64,000 bases of DNA from Callorhinchus milii. Taxonomy: Eukaryota. Positions 1 to 20,405 of the stretch are shown here, one piece after another. Position numbers and translations under genes: made by a program. Every line of letters starts with the position of its first letter. Position 1 is the first letter of the stretch. Under the pieces are notes generated by a model. It saw only the letters and a program-made list of their open reading frames with translations, was not told the DNA's origin and did not search any database. Location: positions 18,848,001 through 18,912,000 of the forward strand of contig NW_024704749.1 of assembly GCF_018977255.1 (NCBI RefSeq). The letters are read 5' to 3'.

Positions 1-32
1 ACTGCTCACTGGAGTCTGAATGATTTGACGTC

Positions 33-292
33 TTGGTAACCAGGTGCCCCTTGTGATCTAATGCGCTGGTAACTTGGGGACCCAGAGGTCTGATGCTCTA
101 GTAATCAGGGGCCCAAATGACACGATAACCTGCTCACCAGATTTCGAGTAACCCAATGCCCTCATAACCAAGTAACCTGGTCACCCGAGGCTCCAGTAAC
201 CAGGGGACCTAGTGACCTGATAACCTGGTAACCAGGTGCTCTAGTGACCAGAAGTCCTGGTAACCAGGTATTCTAGTGACCTTGTAACGAGG
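33..292. repeat. Degenerate ~30-bp minisatellite built on CCTGGTAACCAGG / CTAGTGACC
   Basis: Recurrent tggtaaccaggtg..ctagtgacc units, clearest at 200-290. No convincing ORF. Confidence 0.6.
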
Positions 293-1779
293 TGCACGCC
301 TGACAATTCCGATTTAATAGGAATGACAGTGAGGTCTCAAGGGCCTAGGGAGTTGGGCGGAGGCTGGAGCCCATCTCCACGGGCTCTTGGACTGACTCTC
401 TCCTGCCCACGGGGGCAGTTTCGACCAAGCCTTTGGTCACCCTCCTACCCGCAACTCTCCCCGCCTACCCTCCACCCCCCCTGATCCCCACCTCCAGCTC
501 GGGTGCAAATCCTTGACTCTACAGTGCCTTAAAACATCCTCCCCCATGTGAAAGGTGCTATACCAACGTCATGTGTCATTGGTGATGGTGGTTTGCAGAT
601 ATTTGCAACAAAATAAAACTCCACAAGGCTCCACTTTTCTAAATCCCACTGCTTGTTAAACAGACTCTGCCATTGTCCTGCCTCCGAATTGGTCAAGATG
701 GATGAATAAGTGTATCAGAGACATGCAAACATTACATATAAATGTAACACAACAACAGCTTGCGTTTACACAGTGCCCTTCACTCAGAGCAGCATCTCAA
801 TGTCCTTGACGGTGGCAGAGGATGGTTGGAAGAACACTGACGTTATAATAATAAACCTTGAGTTTGATACAGCGCCTTATCATGTCGTTGGGACGTCTCA
901 AAGCGCTTCCCAAAACATTGTAACGTGGACCGACTGTGTATGCGAATGAAGTCTCGACAGATATTTTTCTCATGAAGGTTCCACCTCTTTCGGTGGGGAC
1001 CTGAACTTAATTGGGTGGAACTCTCATTGACCAATTTTTTTTTTTTTTGGTGATTCTCTTTGGACACGATCAAAACTGACGTGCTTCGGATTTACAAATA
1101 AAAGCTCTCTCCGGCGCTTTGACTCCCTCACCGCTTGTTTCTTCTTCTTTTTTTGGGGGGGGGGGGAGGAAACTGCAAAACCTGAAGCCCGGAACTCCAT
1201 CGCCCCCCCCCCCCCCCTCCCCAGAAGAGGTGGCAAAATTGTGGTGGCAAAGGTGGCAAATTGCAAAATTGAACGATTTATTTCAGTTCTAATTTGGAAA
1301 CCAGTTTTGTTTCTGAACTCGAGTGGTCCGTAACTGCAGCCGTACCGGCGCTTTGGGACGTCCTCCCGACGTGAAAGGCGCTCTATAAATGGAATCTTGT
1401 TGTTGTTGCGTTGATGTACACCGCCTCGGGCTGCGCCCCTCAAGTCCAGTAGCTGCCTGCCATGCCTTTCAACCAAATCAGGTCAGGTCACCGAGTAGTA
1501 AGCGCTCCGAGACGCCGTCCGGCGCGGAGGGTGCTATATAGGTCCAAGTCGTTGTCGTCGTCGTCGGTGTTTGTGGAAGTAGAACTGAACCCCGACACTG
1601 TTCCTGCTGCTCAGTTGTTTATCCGGTTCCTTTCTGACCGTTTCTGCTGATCCGACCTCAATGGCCACCCGTGATGCTGAATTCCTGACACCCTCACCCT
1701 CACCCTCCTCGGAGTCGAGGGATTCTTTCCTCGCACCCTCTTCCCTTACCCGGCCGCCCTCCTCTCCCGAACCATTTCT

Positions 1780-2140
1780 CTAACCCCCTCTTTCCCCCTC
1801 TAAACCCCCTCCCCTTTAGCCCCCGCTCCTTCTCGAGCCCCCCCTTCCCTCTCACCCTACTCCCTCTACCCCCCCCTCCCTCTACCCCCCCCTCCCTCTA
1901 GCCCCCCTCCCTCTACCCCCCTCCCTCTAGCCCCCCTCCCTCTAGCCCCCTCCCTGTAGCCCCCCTCCCTGTAGCCCCCCTCCCTCTCCCTCTAGCCCCC
2001 CTCCCTCTAGCCCCCCCTCCCTCTACCCCCTCCCTCTCCCTCTAGCCCCCCTCCCTCTACCCCCTCCCCCTCCCTCTAGCCCCCCTCCTCACTCTACCCC
2101 CCCCCCCCCCTCTCCCTCCCTCACCCCACCCCCCAACCCT
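1780..2140. repeat. C-rich minisatellite (CCCTCTA[G/C]CCCCC)n; G-run-rich on the minus strand
   Basis: Tandem ccctctagccccct-type units are directly visible. Confidence 0.9.
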
Positions 2141-2160
2141 CAACACACACACACAGTCTC

Positions 2161-2745
2161 CAGGGGGGAAGAGATGAGCGGTGGACCGGAAGTGTGCGGG
2201 AGGGAGGCCGGGGGACGGGTTAGGGGGGACGGACCGCTGCCTGGAGACGGTGGAGGCGTCGGTCGGGAGCCGAGAGGAGGTGACGCCTGGAGACCCGACA
2301 CCGACACCGACAGCCAGAGCCCGGGGGCCAGAGCTCAGGGGCCCGGGGGCCAGAGCCAGAGCCCGGGGGCCAGAGCTCAGGGGCCCGGGGGCCAGAGCCA
2401 GAGCCCGGGGGCCAGAGCTCAGGGGCCCGGGGGCCAGAGCCAGAGCCCGGGGGCCAGAGCTCAGGGGCCCGGGGGCCAGAGCTCAGGGGCCCGGGGGCCA
2501 GAGCCAGAGCCCGGGGGCCAGAGCCAGAGCCCGGGGGCCAGAGCCAGAGCCCGGGGGCCAGAGCCAGAGCCCGGGGGCCAGAGCCAGAGCCCGGGGGCCA
2601 GAGCTCAGGGGCCCGGGGGCCAGAGCCAGAGCCCGGGGGCCAGAGCCAGAGCCCGGGGGCCAGAGCCAGAGCCCGGGGGCCAGAGCTCCATGGGGGAGAG
2701 TCAGGCTGGACACCGGCATAGACATGGCGGCCTCCAGGTACCCGG
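2161..2745 (+). promoter_or_regulatory. Probable WDR31 CpG-island promoter / first exon
   Basis: GC/CpG-rich. ETS/GABP motif CCGGAAGTG at 2186-2194, YY1-type gacATGGCGGC at 2721-2731, candidate donor CAG|gtaccc after 2737 (alternative donor near 2817). Confidence 0.6.
2313..2688. repeat. GC-rich VNTR of 20-nt (GCCCGGGGGCCAGAGCCAGA) and 22-nt (GCCCGGGGGCCAGAGCTCAGGG) units
   Basis: Near-perfect tandem units. The array explains the long low-complexity ORFs at 2174-3284. Confidence 0.95.
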
Positions 2746-2819
2746 GGACTGAGGGGAGAGAGAGAGAGAGAGAGAGAGAGGCTGAGCTGCTCACTGCACT
2801 AACACGATTACTGTTGGTA

Positions 2820-2820
2820 A

Positions 2821-2854
<34 letters not shown>

Positions 2855-3192
2855 AATCTGTCTGTCTGTCAATCTGTCTGTCTGTCTGTCAATCTGTCTG
2901 TCTATCAATCTGTCTGTCTGTCAATCTGTCTGTCCGTCAATCTGTCTGTCTGTCTGTCTGTCTGTCAATCTGTCTGTCTGTCTGTCTGTCAATCTGTCTA
3001 TCAATCTGTCTGTCTGTCTGTCAATCTGTCTGTCTATCAATCTGTCTGTCTGTCAATCTGTCTGTCTGTCAATCTGTCTGTCCGTCAATCTGTCTGTCAT
3101 TCTGTCTATCAATCTGTCTGTGTCTGTTAATCTGTCTGTCTATCAATCTGTCTGTCATTCTGTCTATCAATCTGTCTGTCTGTCTGTCTGTC
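2820..3192. repeat. (TCTG)n/TCAA compound microsatellite, preceded by (GA)n at 2754-2779
   Basis: Directly visible. Confidence 0.95.
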
Positions 3193-3230
3193 AGTACAAA
3201 ATAAAGATCTTCATGGAAAGCCCCTGGGAG

Positions 3231-3626
3231 GTAATAATAATAATAATAAATAATAATAATAATAATGATAATCCTTGCATTTGATATAGCGCCTTATCAC
3301 GTCGTCTCAGAGCACTTCATGCAATAATATACTGTAAAATAAACTGACTGTGTATCTTGTGGGTGAAACACGACCTCCAGTTGTGTACAGTAAGCAGCGT
3401 CTCACAAACACTCGTGGATTGAGTGATCACATTTTTTTTTAAAAGGGATTATTACCCTCCGGAAATGATCCGCCACTCGACTAACAACCAGCTTCCTCCT
3501 TACTGCTAGGTAGACAGAGACGTACGGAGTAAGGAAACTTGCCTAAGGTTTCGTCTCACCCGGAAATCGAACCTGGGTCCTCTCTCTTGCGAGGTGAGCG
3601 GGTTAACCACTCCGCTACAGGAATCC
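3231..3626 (-). mobile_element. tRNA-derived SINE, head type B (tRNA-Val/Asp-like head), with (ATT)n tail
   Basis: On the minus strand: head GGATTCCTGTAGCGGAGTGGTTAAC...GGTTCGATTTCC (A and B boxes) and tail GGCGCTATATCAAATGCAAGGATTATC.. Related copies at 16870-17075, 24770-25126, 29100-29320, 59958-60140; head only at 10073-10146. Confidence 0.85.
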
Positions 3627-4214
3627 ACAACCCTCTGATGACCCGCTGGCCTGATGATAATCCATGGCTTCGTTCAGGCTGACATGAAAAGGCCGGCACT
3701 TTTTGGACCATAAAATGTAAGTACAGTACGTTTTTTTAAGGTCAGTTTGTTTTGTGGTGTTGGAGTTGTACGATGTGAAAGTTCCACGACAGACAGACTG
3801 ATTTACCAGCCTGAGTATCTTTAATCCACTCTAATTATTGTGGAATGTATGTCACTGAGCAACCCCATTCCTTCCTTCATGTCTGTGTGTGCCAGCTCTG
3901 GAGCGATCGCTCTAATCCATTTATCTTTTCCCTCCCCCCAAACCCTTTTGTGTCTTAATTTTTTTCCCCCTAATGTTTATCCGATTCTTTTCAAATCAAA
4001 AATTTGACTTGGTATCGTACTTGATATTAATTTTCCCACATTGCCGTTACCATTTATGAAATAAAATGTCGGAAATGCGCAGCCGACGAATAACCAGCAA
4101 GGCAAGCTAATGTGTAGGTGTGACTCTTCATGAGAAAGTGGAATGACTGACTCCAATCCTGTCTCTTTTAGACACTACAGTTATGGCGTGTCTCCACTGA
4201 GCACACTTACTGCT

Positions 4215-11412
<7,198 letters not shown>

Positions 11413-14400
11413 GCACGTTTCTCGAGCCACACATGGGGAAACAGCATCAGAGAGCGTCTGGGGAACCGATTATCTGATTAGCCGAACACAGGGAGGTGGC
11501 GCTGGGTGGAATGAAAGACCAGTGCTCTCTGTGTTTATGTTAATAACTATTATTATTATATTAAGCACTTTTCTGTTAATAGGTGATGTCCCTGTGTGTA
11601 CTGTGTATAATCTGGACTCTCCAAAATAAGCTATGAACAATATGGGTTAGATAAGTTTTAAAGGAGTGAAATTAACCTGAACTTGTTTAAAGTATTTCCA
11701 AGGTACTAGTTGCTGTCGTTCTGGTCCTCGATGGAATTTGGGAGTCTGATGCTAACTGCTCTGCTCTTGGCAAGTGAGAGCTGACCCTTCATGTCTGATC
11801 CTGTGTGGTTTACACGAGTGCTGTTGCCAGTTCTGTGCAGGGAATATCTGCTTGGCACGACCTCTCGACACGAAAGGCGCCGTTTGAATGTAATTTTTTT
11901 TAGTTGTCTACACCAACTTGGCTCGGTTGGCAGGATTCTCACCTGTGGGTCAGAAGATTGCTGGTTTAGAGTCCAGGCTGACGCTCACAGTGCAGTGCTG
12001 GGCTAGCGAGCACTGCATTGTCAGAGGTGCCATCATTCGAGTGAGATGTTAAACCGTGGCCCCTTCTGGCTATTCGGGTGGACATTAGTGATCCCAAGGC
12101 ACAAATCAAAAAAAGGAAGGAGGTTTTCTTGGTGACTCAGATCCCTCAGATAAATTGGTCGTTCACTTTATGGTTGTCTGTGGGACAATGCTGTGTGCAA
12201 ATTGGCTGCCACTTAAAGGTATTTATTGTAAAGGCCTTGAACGTTTCAATGTTTTAGGTACTAAATCAAATGAAAGGACTATTACAATTATGATTAGGTA
12301 TAATTGTGCCCTTTTTTTATTCTTAGTTATAAAGAAGAAAACCCACATTATCACTTAACTGTGTGTAGTAATCCGAGGTCCCATCTGCCTGTCCAGGTGG
12401 ATGTTAAAGATCCCACGACACTATTTGAAAAGAGAAGGGAGTTTCTCTCTTGCAGTATCCTGGGAAACAAATTCCCCCAAATAAAATTGGTCACTCACTC
12501 CTTGGCTGTTCTCTGGAGACGTTGCTGTGGCTAAAATTGGCTGCCGCGTTCGGCCACAAAACACACAGTAACTTTACAATATATCCTGTTAAGCGCTTTC
12601 AAACGACCTCCTGACGTGAAAAGCGTTACATCAAATGCAAGGATCAGTATTTTTATTTAACAGTGCTTATTATTTAATGCTTATCATTAGCATAAGCCAT
12701 CAGGATGTACTTTTGGTTGAAGCCAAGTCCATACAGCAGTTAAAACACAACCAGATACAATTTAGTGGGTAAAATTAACATAGCATTATGAGGGGAAAAG
12801 GGGCAAATGGAATTGAAGTGGATGGCTCCAGTAGCAGCACAAACTTCCTGCGTTGTAAAGTTTCTATGATGATGATGTTGAGAGGCTGCAAATATGTACC
12901 CTAGGTGGCACCAGGGTAACACGTATTCTACCACTGGATGGCACTGGGGTTGCCAAAGTTTTGTCAAGTGCAGGAACTGCATTGAGTGTGTGGGGTTATG
13001 ACTTGAGTTCACTCCGTGTGTTTGCTTTGCTGACATTCCTTGAATACCTTGACCTATAGACTGCTGGCAAGTTAATGGAAACTCCCCCCCCCTCTCTCTC
13101 TCTATGGTCCGACCAGTTCTGTAAAGTTATCAACTCACTGAAATCTTAAATGCAAATGCTAAAAATAGATAATAAAGGTGCGGTTGTCTACATTAATCTC
13201 TATCCGTTTTTAAAAAAAAGTGTCGCGTTTTATTCTGTTTGCTCTTACGGTCAGCCATAATTCTCTTTTCTGACTTTTTTTAAAAACGTTAAAACTCTTT
13301 ACTTGTCACGTTGGAGCTGAGGGTGCTTGTAACAAGATGTTTTCAGCAAAAGTTGAAGGCAAAATATGAATAGCCCAATCTCGTAGTTGAAAGAGTCAGA
13401 CAGATTGCTTGATGCACTGGGAACCTATCACCATACTCAAGAGTATCCAAACCAGACTGATAATTCTGAGCCTGAAAGCGTGGAATATGCATGGAAATTC
13501 CCGGGAATGGAATGGAATGCTTATTGTCTCCAAGTGACGCATCCTCTCTTCTGGAGAGGAGTTGGCACAAGTTGCCAAGAGTCAGTGTGTGTTGGGGTAG
13601 TTGCTGCGATTTAATCAACCAGCTTGAGACCAAAGGCTCTGCCGCATGAGGTAAATGGGAAACAATGGTCCTTTATTCCAAGGCAAACATTTGGTTTTAG
13701 GAACAATCCATTTGGACACGAGAGCTCCACATCCAGTCCTCATTTCATTGCCCCTTCAGAATCCTGCATCAGTCAGCCGGGTGTCTGACACGTGTGGAAA
13801 CCCAGCCACATGCTAAGAGTATCCGAAACAAACAGAGTTCCACCTACGTATGGAAATTCCCAGAATGCGCACTCTCTCCTTGGAGGGACTCATCCTGCTA
13901 AACCAATTACGAAATGTATTAGGGCGCAGGTTGGCAAGAGCCAAAACACGAGGATCCCAGAGTGTGTGCTGCGGTACTGCTGGAGTCTAACCAGCTAAAA
14001 CTGCATATCTTGCAATTGATATTGCTGCCTGGCAAGCTTTCCCGCTGCCAGTCCAACTAGTGCCTCTCTACCTGTTAGGACTTTGGCTTGCAGGGTTAAC
14101 AGGAGCTGAGTGTGAAGAGTCCCTGCCCGCAGTGACTGTTCTGCCTTCCAAGTCCTGGCTGTGCTGTCATCAGCAGTGCTCTGGAATACTGCAGACCTGC
14201 CTGGCTCATGAACTGGATTACCGAGACCGCCACAGAGGGTTGGCTCGATTCTCACATTCCGTTGCCCAACAAGTCACCTTGAAGCCAGTCGGCAAATTCT
14301 TAAATTCAGTGTTAATTTTGAAGCCGCCTTCGCGAACGTTCCCATAAAAACTAGAGAAAATCAACTTGGAAGTCAAGGCTGAATTCAACAGCTTGGCAAG

Positions 14401-14991
14401 TTCTGCACACTTTTAAATGCTACATATATAGAGTCAATCTGGACCCAGGTGAAATCTCTTATCAGTTCCCCCTCCACCGTCTTAACTTTAAGAATAAAAG
14501 TGGCTTCCAAATTAGGATTTAAGAATTTTTCAACCTCCACCTTCTCTGCTCTAAGGAGAATCTCCAATGCTGTACATTTTTTGTGGTTTTGTTGTTTGAC
14601 CTCATATGGTTATACTTATAAAAATCACGTTCAATCAAACGTAAAATGAGTACAACTTAGCTTCGAGTACAAACATCGGATCATTCCTTGTTACCATCAA
14701 ATTCCCCCTAATAAAATTGGTTGCTCAGTTCATGTTTTTGGGGCGTGAATAAGCTTTGAATAAAATAAGCAATCTTTAAATAAGTATATGACATCCGCGC
14801 ACTCACCACCGTCAAAATAAATCAATTCTCACAGCAAGGGCAGAAAGAAACTAATTTACAAAACCCACCAAATCGATTGGCCAGTTGACACATGTTGATG
14901 AATTATTCCTGTAACAGTGTGCGTGTTTGGAAAGAGTTTCCCTGTTGTGTCTCTCAGGAAAGCGAGCTGTGAAATGCTGGATAAGGTGCTG

Positions 14992-15540
14992 TCATAAGAC
15001 TCGGATGAGGTAGGCAGGGATGAAGATGATACTGAACACGAATAGCAAGCTGGCCAGCATGAGGAATCCTACACCGAGGTAGTTAGTGAACCAGATCCTG
15101 TATCTGGACAGGCGAGGTGGGTGATGGACGCCCACCATGTGGGGAGGGTATGGGTGCTCAGGGTGGGGCAGAAGCTGCAGTGTCACCACCATGCCGAGGT
15201 CTTCGCTCCCATTTTTCTTCAGCCAACACAGCCGAGAGCCCTCCAGCCAGACTGTCTGCAGATCCTGCAGGCCTGGAGGGAAGGAGGACATCATCTCCAG
15301 GTTGGCACTGAGTTTGGGAATCCCTCCTGCTGGGATGGAGATGGCAGCCCTACAGAGCGGACAAGAGAAAGTGTCTGTCTGCTTGGTGAAGATGCACATC
15401 CTGGAGAGGCACTCCATGCAAAAGGTGTGACCGCAGGACAAGAGCAGAGGTGTCTTGGGGCCATTGTCGTAAGAGACATAACAGACCGGACACTCAGAAA
15501 TAGTCCTGTGGGGCTGCACCTCCTCTCCCTGATCTCCCAT
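14992..15540 (-). CDS. RING-HC finger + C-terminal transmembrane E3 ligase, RNF183 family (RNF223-like), 182 aa
   Basis: Intact single-exon ORF with CPVC..CGHTFCMEC..CPLC (C3HC4). VWLEGSRLC resembles RNF223 as recalled. Hydrophobic tail YLGVGFLMLASLLFVFSIIFIPAYLI. Candidate acceptor tcttggctcag ~40 nt upstream. Confidence 0.88.
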   Translation of the reverse strand: MGDQGEEVQPHRTISECPVCYVSYDNGPKTPLLLSCGHTFCMECLSRMCIFTKQTDTFSCPLCRAAISIPAGGIPKLSANLEMMSSFPPGLQDLQTVWLEGSRLCWLKKNGSEDLGMVVTLQLLPHPEHPYPPHMVGVHHPPRLSRYRIWFTNYLGVGFLMLASLLFVFSIIFIPAYLIRVL

Positions 15541-18500
15541 GCCTTGGAGTTAAGCAGGAATGGTCTCCATGCTGTGACCCTGAGCCAAGACAACTCACAT
15601 AGACCAGATTCAGTGAAGTTAGTAGAAGATAAAAGGGAGTTCCTTTGTAGCCAGGGCAGTGGTGTCCTTGTCTTGTTCCAATGGATGTTTTTCAGAGATG
15701 AGGACCTCTCTCCTCTGGCTGTGATGTCTCACTCCTCTTGAACTCACTTATGTCGCCATATGAATATCACTCCTTTCTTTCTTCTCTCTGTGATGTATCT
15801 CTCTGGAACAAATATCTTCACCTTTTCTCTTCCCTTCCTCCGATTATCTCTTCTTTGCATTTATTTATCCCTCTTCGCTGATTTTCTGTTCCCTCGATTC
15901 TCTTTCTCTCTCTCTGCAATCTCTCCAGTTCTCTCTGTACTTGTCTGTAACTCCACTCCCTTCTCAGTGAAGCTCTCCTCTCTCTCTCTGTGAGTCTCTC
16001 TCTCTCTGTGAATCTCTCTCTCTCTCTCTGAGACTCTCCCTCTTTCTCTCTGTGAGTCTCTCCTCTCTCTCTCTGAGTCTCTCTCTCTCTCTGTGTTTGC
16101 TAATCGTTTCTAAGGTTGCCTCAGACTCCCACTCCACCTAGTTACCACTTTCATTCAATGTTCACTGTCACTCACCTTGTTTGACTCCAGACTCCAACTC
16201 CTACAGTTCCAAACTCGGATCTTCAGGTCATTTGATTGAATTGGTTACGATCAGGGTAGGTTATCAACTGTTGACGATCGGAGAAAATTCCCAGGGCAAC
16301 AATCCTGTTGGAGGTCATCTTAGGAGGAGCGAGAACGGGTGATATTGCCTTGATTGACTGTATTCAGATACAACTCCCTTTTGCCCCCCCACCCCAACCA
16401 ACTCCCTGTTAAAGTTTTCTACTGGTTACCTGGTTCCTAATGGGAGCAAAACAAAATATACAACAAAATTCAATTTGCAGTATATTCTGTGAAGCCCTTT
16501 GAGACGTCTCAACGATGTAGTAAGATGCTAAATCAAACACAAGGATTATTATAAAGTGCATATTACTGTTGGTGGTGTGTTGGTTGCCCTTTAAGGCTTC
16601 ACTGCTCCATTCCTGGCCATAATGAAAGTTGTTTTCACTCATGTAGCATAGCAACACAGGGACTTTGTGACCACTGCACCAGGCTGGAGAGCAAGAACCT
16701 CTCACAAGATAAATGGGTCTTGGGTCACTGCGGTTTGCTCCAACGTCAGCCTCGGTCATGGTTAATATGCTTATTGGCACCATCCAGACCTCAAGTATAT
16801 TCAGATCAATCATCCTGCTTACCTCAGGCACGTCACTTATGACCTGCCTTTGCTCTGAGAACGTGAAGTTGGAACCCGGTTATTAAACGATTGGCAGATC
16901 ATTTTCCGGAGGCAATAATCCCTTAAAAAAAATTGGGACACTCAATCCACGACTGCTGTGCGCAATTGGCTCACAAAAGACAGTCAATTCACTTCTCAGT
17001 ATGTTCTGTGAGAAATCTCAACAGCGAGATAAGGCGCTGTATCAAATGCAAGGAATACCAATATTATTATTATTAGCTTTCTCAGCCCCACAAGTCATAA
17101 GGTTGTCTTCAGTCACTGGAGCCCCCCACACACATGCACACGCACACAAACAGCCAGCGACTGCATTATTTCAGGCCCACAAGTTTATTATTAACTTGGT
17201 GTAAAGCTCTTTGTTGTGGCAGCCTGGACTGTGAGCTCAATTACCCCCTGAACTGGGGCTTTGCCCTCAGCCTTCTGACCCAAAAGTGGGAGTGTGACCG
17301 GCTTGAGCCGAAGCACTTTTTTTTGCTGCGCGGGAGAAAAGATGAAAGTTAGACACCAGGAACTCTGTATCGAATATCAATGCAAATCACCAGCAAAGAA
17401 GAAAAAAGATTATTTGAATTACAATGGAAACTCTGATCTGCATTAAGAGAATGTTTCACAGAACGCTATCTGCACAGATCATCTTTTACACAAGGCTGAA
17501 ATTTCCTGCTACGTCACTGGGGACAGAGGCACCGGCTCGTTGGTGTTGGGCTCCTTATGACACAGATCGGGATCTGACTACTGGGGGGTTCTCACAATGG
17601 GATTCAATGAGATTCTATGATAAGGAACCAAAGCCACACAAATTGGGAACTCGGCAGTACATCCCACTGAGCAGCACATTGCCTGATCGAGCCACTTGGT
17701 AAAGAAATACTTCTTGGTATCCCTTTTAATATTGCCCTTTGCAACTCTAAACCTGTTGCTCTGCTATCTTGGCATGTTTAAAAATAGAAGTTTTACATCT
17801 CTCAACAGGAGAGATGAGGAACAGACAGCAATGCTCCAGGCTCAGTGGATCAGTACAATGGCAAATTTCTCCCTAAAGGCACAGAACAAACACAATAACA
17901 ATAAAAACAGCAGTCGCCGGAAACACTGACTAAAAGTCATTGGCCTGAAACGTTAACTCGCTTTCCTCTCTCCGTGGATGCTGCCTGACCTCCTGAGGGT
18001 TCCCAGCGACTTCTGTTTTTATTTCAGATTTCCAGCATCTGCCCTATTTTGCCTTTTGTTGAATAACAATGATGTTCACTGTATTTGAAACATCACGGAT
18101 CACATCAAAACATTTCACAGAGAATTGTGTAGTGACTGAGCGCTCTGGGACACTACTCTACTTGAGGGGAGCTAGATAAATCCAAGCTGCTGTTGTTGTA
18201 ACTGTCTATTTCAAGGCAGACAATTTTGAGCATAATAATGACCCTCAGATCAGCCACAAATTTTATCTGGAAGCTTGTTGGCCTGGACACCGAGAGAAAA
18301 AAGACCTTTTTGTTTGGAATTACTTTGCGGGATCTTTAACATCCATGCGAACAGGCAGACGAGACCTCCGTTTAAAAGGACGACACCTCTAATATTGTAG
18401 AACTCCCCCCAGCACTGCACTGATAGGGCTGAAAAGTGCTGCCTTGTGCAATCATTGCCTATAGCTCATCCATTTGGGTGAGGAGGTGGGTGTCAGTCTC

Positions 18501-19854
18501 AGCACTGCAGTGAGTGAGTTCACTCCTCTCTGTCCTTCCCAAAGTGGAGTGCGCCCCATTTGGATCTCCCCTCATTTAACTAAAGTAGCTCAGGTTTCAG
18601 CTCAGTAGTACATTAGGGAAATATATGGAAATAAAGAGTCTTTTTTCATTATACATTTGACAGCCACATCTGAGAGAGAGAGAGAGCAGATGCGTGGACT
18701 GTTACCTGCGAGTAGAGTTTGCAGCTCAACGCAGTGCAGTCAAAAAACCTCAGGCCTGGCAAAGACAGCCCGTTCCAGCAGATCCAACGTTAGCTATCTC
18801 CGAAGCAGAAGAATTCCCCAAGGAGATCAGTGGCGGAAAAGAGAACATTGCCTTGGATTGAGAGTAAGAGTTTCAGAGCTTTCAATGGCAGTGTTGGAAT
18901 ATAAGTCTATCCAACTGTGTGAGCTTTGCTTCTGTCAGTCTTAAGCTGTGCTGTGCTCTCCATCTTGCCTGTCTCCATCACTTAGAGCTCACGTGGTGAA
19001 AAGTTTCAACCTTTTCAGCCTCTGACGCTCTCACTCTCTCTGACAGACCATTTGCAACAAATTCCGTTTCTCAAATGGGCTGTTGTTACCAACGCAGTTG
19101 ACTTTGCGTTGACTCCCTGGTTCAGTTGGTAGCACTCTCACCACTGCATCAGAAGGTTGTTCAAGCCTCGGGGTCAGGGACTCTGAGTTGACAGTCAAGG
19201 CTGTGAGAGCCTATGCTGTACCGTTGGGTTATCAGACATGTGTCCTACAGATGAGATGTTAAACCGAGATCCCATCTGCCTGCTGAGGTGAACGTTAAAG
19301 ATCCCTCGGGGCTACTGATGTCCAGGCCAACAATCTTCAAGATAGAAGTATCCATTCACACTACGGCTATTTGTGGGTCAATGCTGTGTTGCAGTCACAT
19401 TTGCCTACAGATCTACAGTCACAGCAATTATTGTGAAACGCTTTGAGAGGTTTTGGATGTCATAAGGCAGCGGATCAAATGCAGGGATTACTATTAGCAT
19501 TCCTTGGGTGTTACCCTTCAGATAAGATGTTAAACCTGTTAAGGCGGACGTTAAAGATCCCATGGCACTATTCGAAAAGAGAAGGGAATTTCTCCTGGTG
19601 TCCTGCGCCACACTTTCAGAAGAGGAACCAGAGAATGTTCCTTTCCCCGGAGGGTAATCGATGACTGGAACAGTTTACCAAGAAGTGTGTGAGTGCGAGT
19701 GTGTGTGGGGACGGGAGTTGGGGGTTCGGGGGTTGAGTCCTGGACTCATTTCAAAAAGAGATAGATGCTCTGATGGGAAGACAGTAGGGTGGGTATTGTG
19801 GAAGGATGACATCATGTGTTTTGACAAAGTGCCACATGAAAGATTAACTGAAAG

Positions 19855-20405
19855 ACAACAACAACAACAACAAGATTTCATTTACAGAGCGCCTTTCACG
19901 TCGGCAGGACGTCCCACGGTGCTGGACAGTTGGGTCGGGACCCGAGCAGGGGAGAAACAGTCAGGGTGAGGGGAGGGAAGGGAGGGAGCGAGGAGTGGGT
20001 AGAGAGTCGAGAGGGGAGCTGAAGGCACGGTCAAAGAGAAAGGTCTTGAGACCGGCCTTGAAGGAGGAAAGGGAGGAAGCGAAGGCGAAGGCACTGGGGG
20101 TTAGAGTTCCAGAGCCTCGGGGCTGAGAGGCTGAAGGCCCGGCCACCGATGGTAGGGCGGTTGGGGCGGGGGATGTGAAGCAGACCGGAGCCAGAGGAAC
20201 GGAGGGTACGGGCAGGTAAGTAGGGGGATAGTAGGTCGGAGAAGTAGGAGGAAGTGAGGCCGTGAATGGCCTTGTAGGTGAGGATGAGGATCTTGAATTC
20301 GATCCTCTGGGGGAAGGGGAGCCAGTGGAGGCGAGCGAGGGTGGGAGTGATGTGGTCGCGAAGCCTGGTGCGAAGACCAGATTGCCAGGAAGGGTGGTTG
20401 AGGCC
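19855..20405 (-). mobile_element. L2-clade LINE 3' fragment (RT C-terminus + 3' UTR + (TTG)n tail)
   Basis: Translation DHITPTLARLHWLP..RIEFKILILTYKAIHGL..YFSDLLSPY.PARTLRS..GGRAFS..APRLWNS. Shorter L2 3' ends at ~410-570, 4318-4530, 35030-35210, 37075-37230, 48845-49130, 50065-50345, 53825-54150, 62860-63070, 63467-63590. Confidence 0.92.

Noticed and set aside
33-292. Spaced palindromic repeats superficially like a CRISPR or operator array
   Set aside because: Eukaryotic context, degenerate units, no unique constant-length spacers and no cas genes.
2174-3284. Long ORFs (192, 367 and 141 aa), including a GSGSGP repeat reminiscent of the BSPRY N-terminus
   Set aside because: These are products of the VNTR and microsatellite. 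No B-box or other domain follows, so BSPRY is not called.
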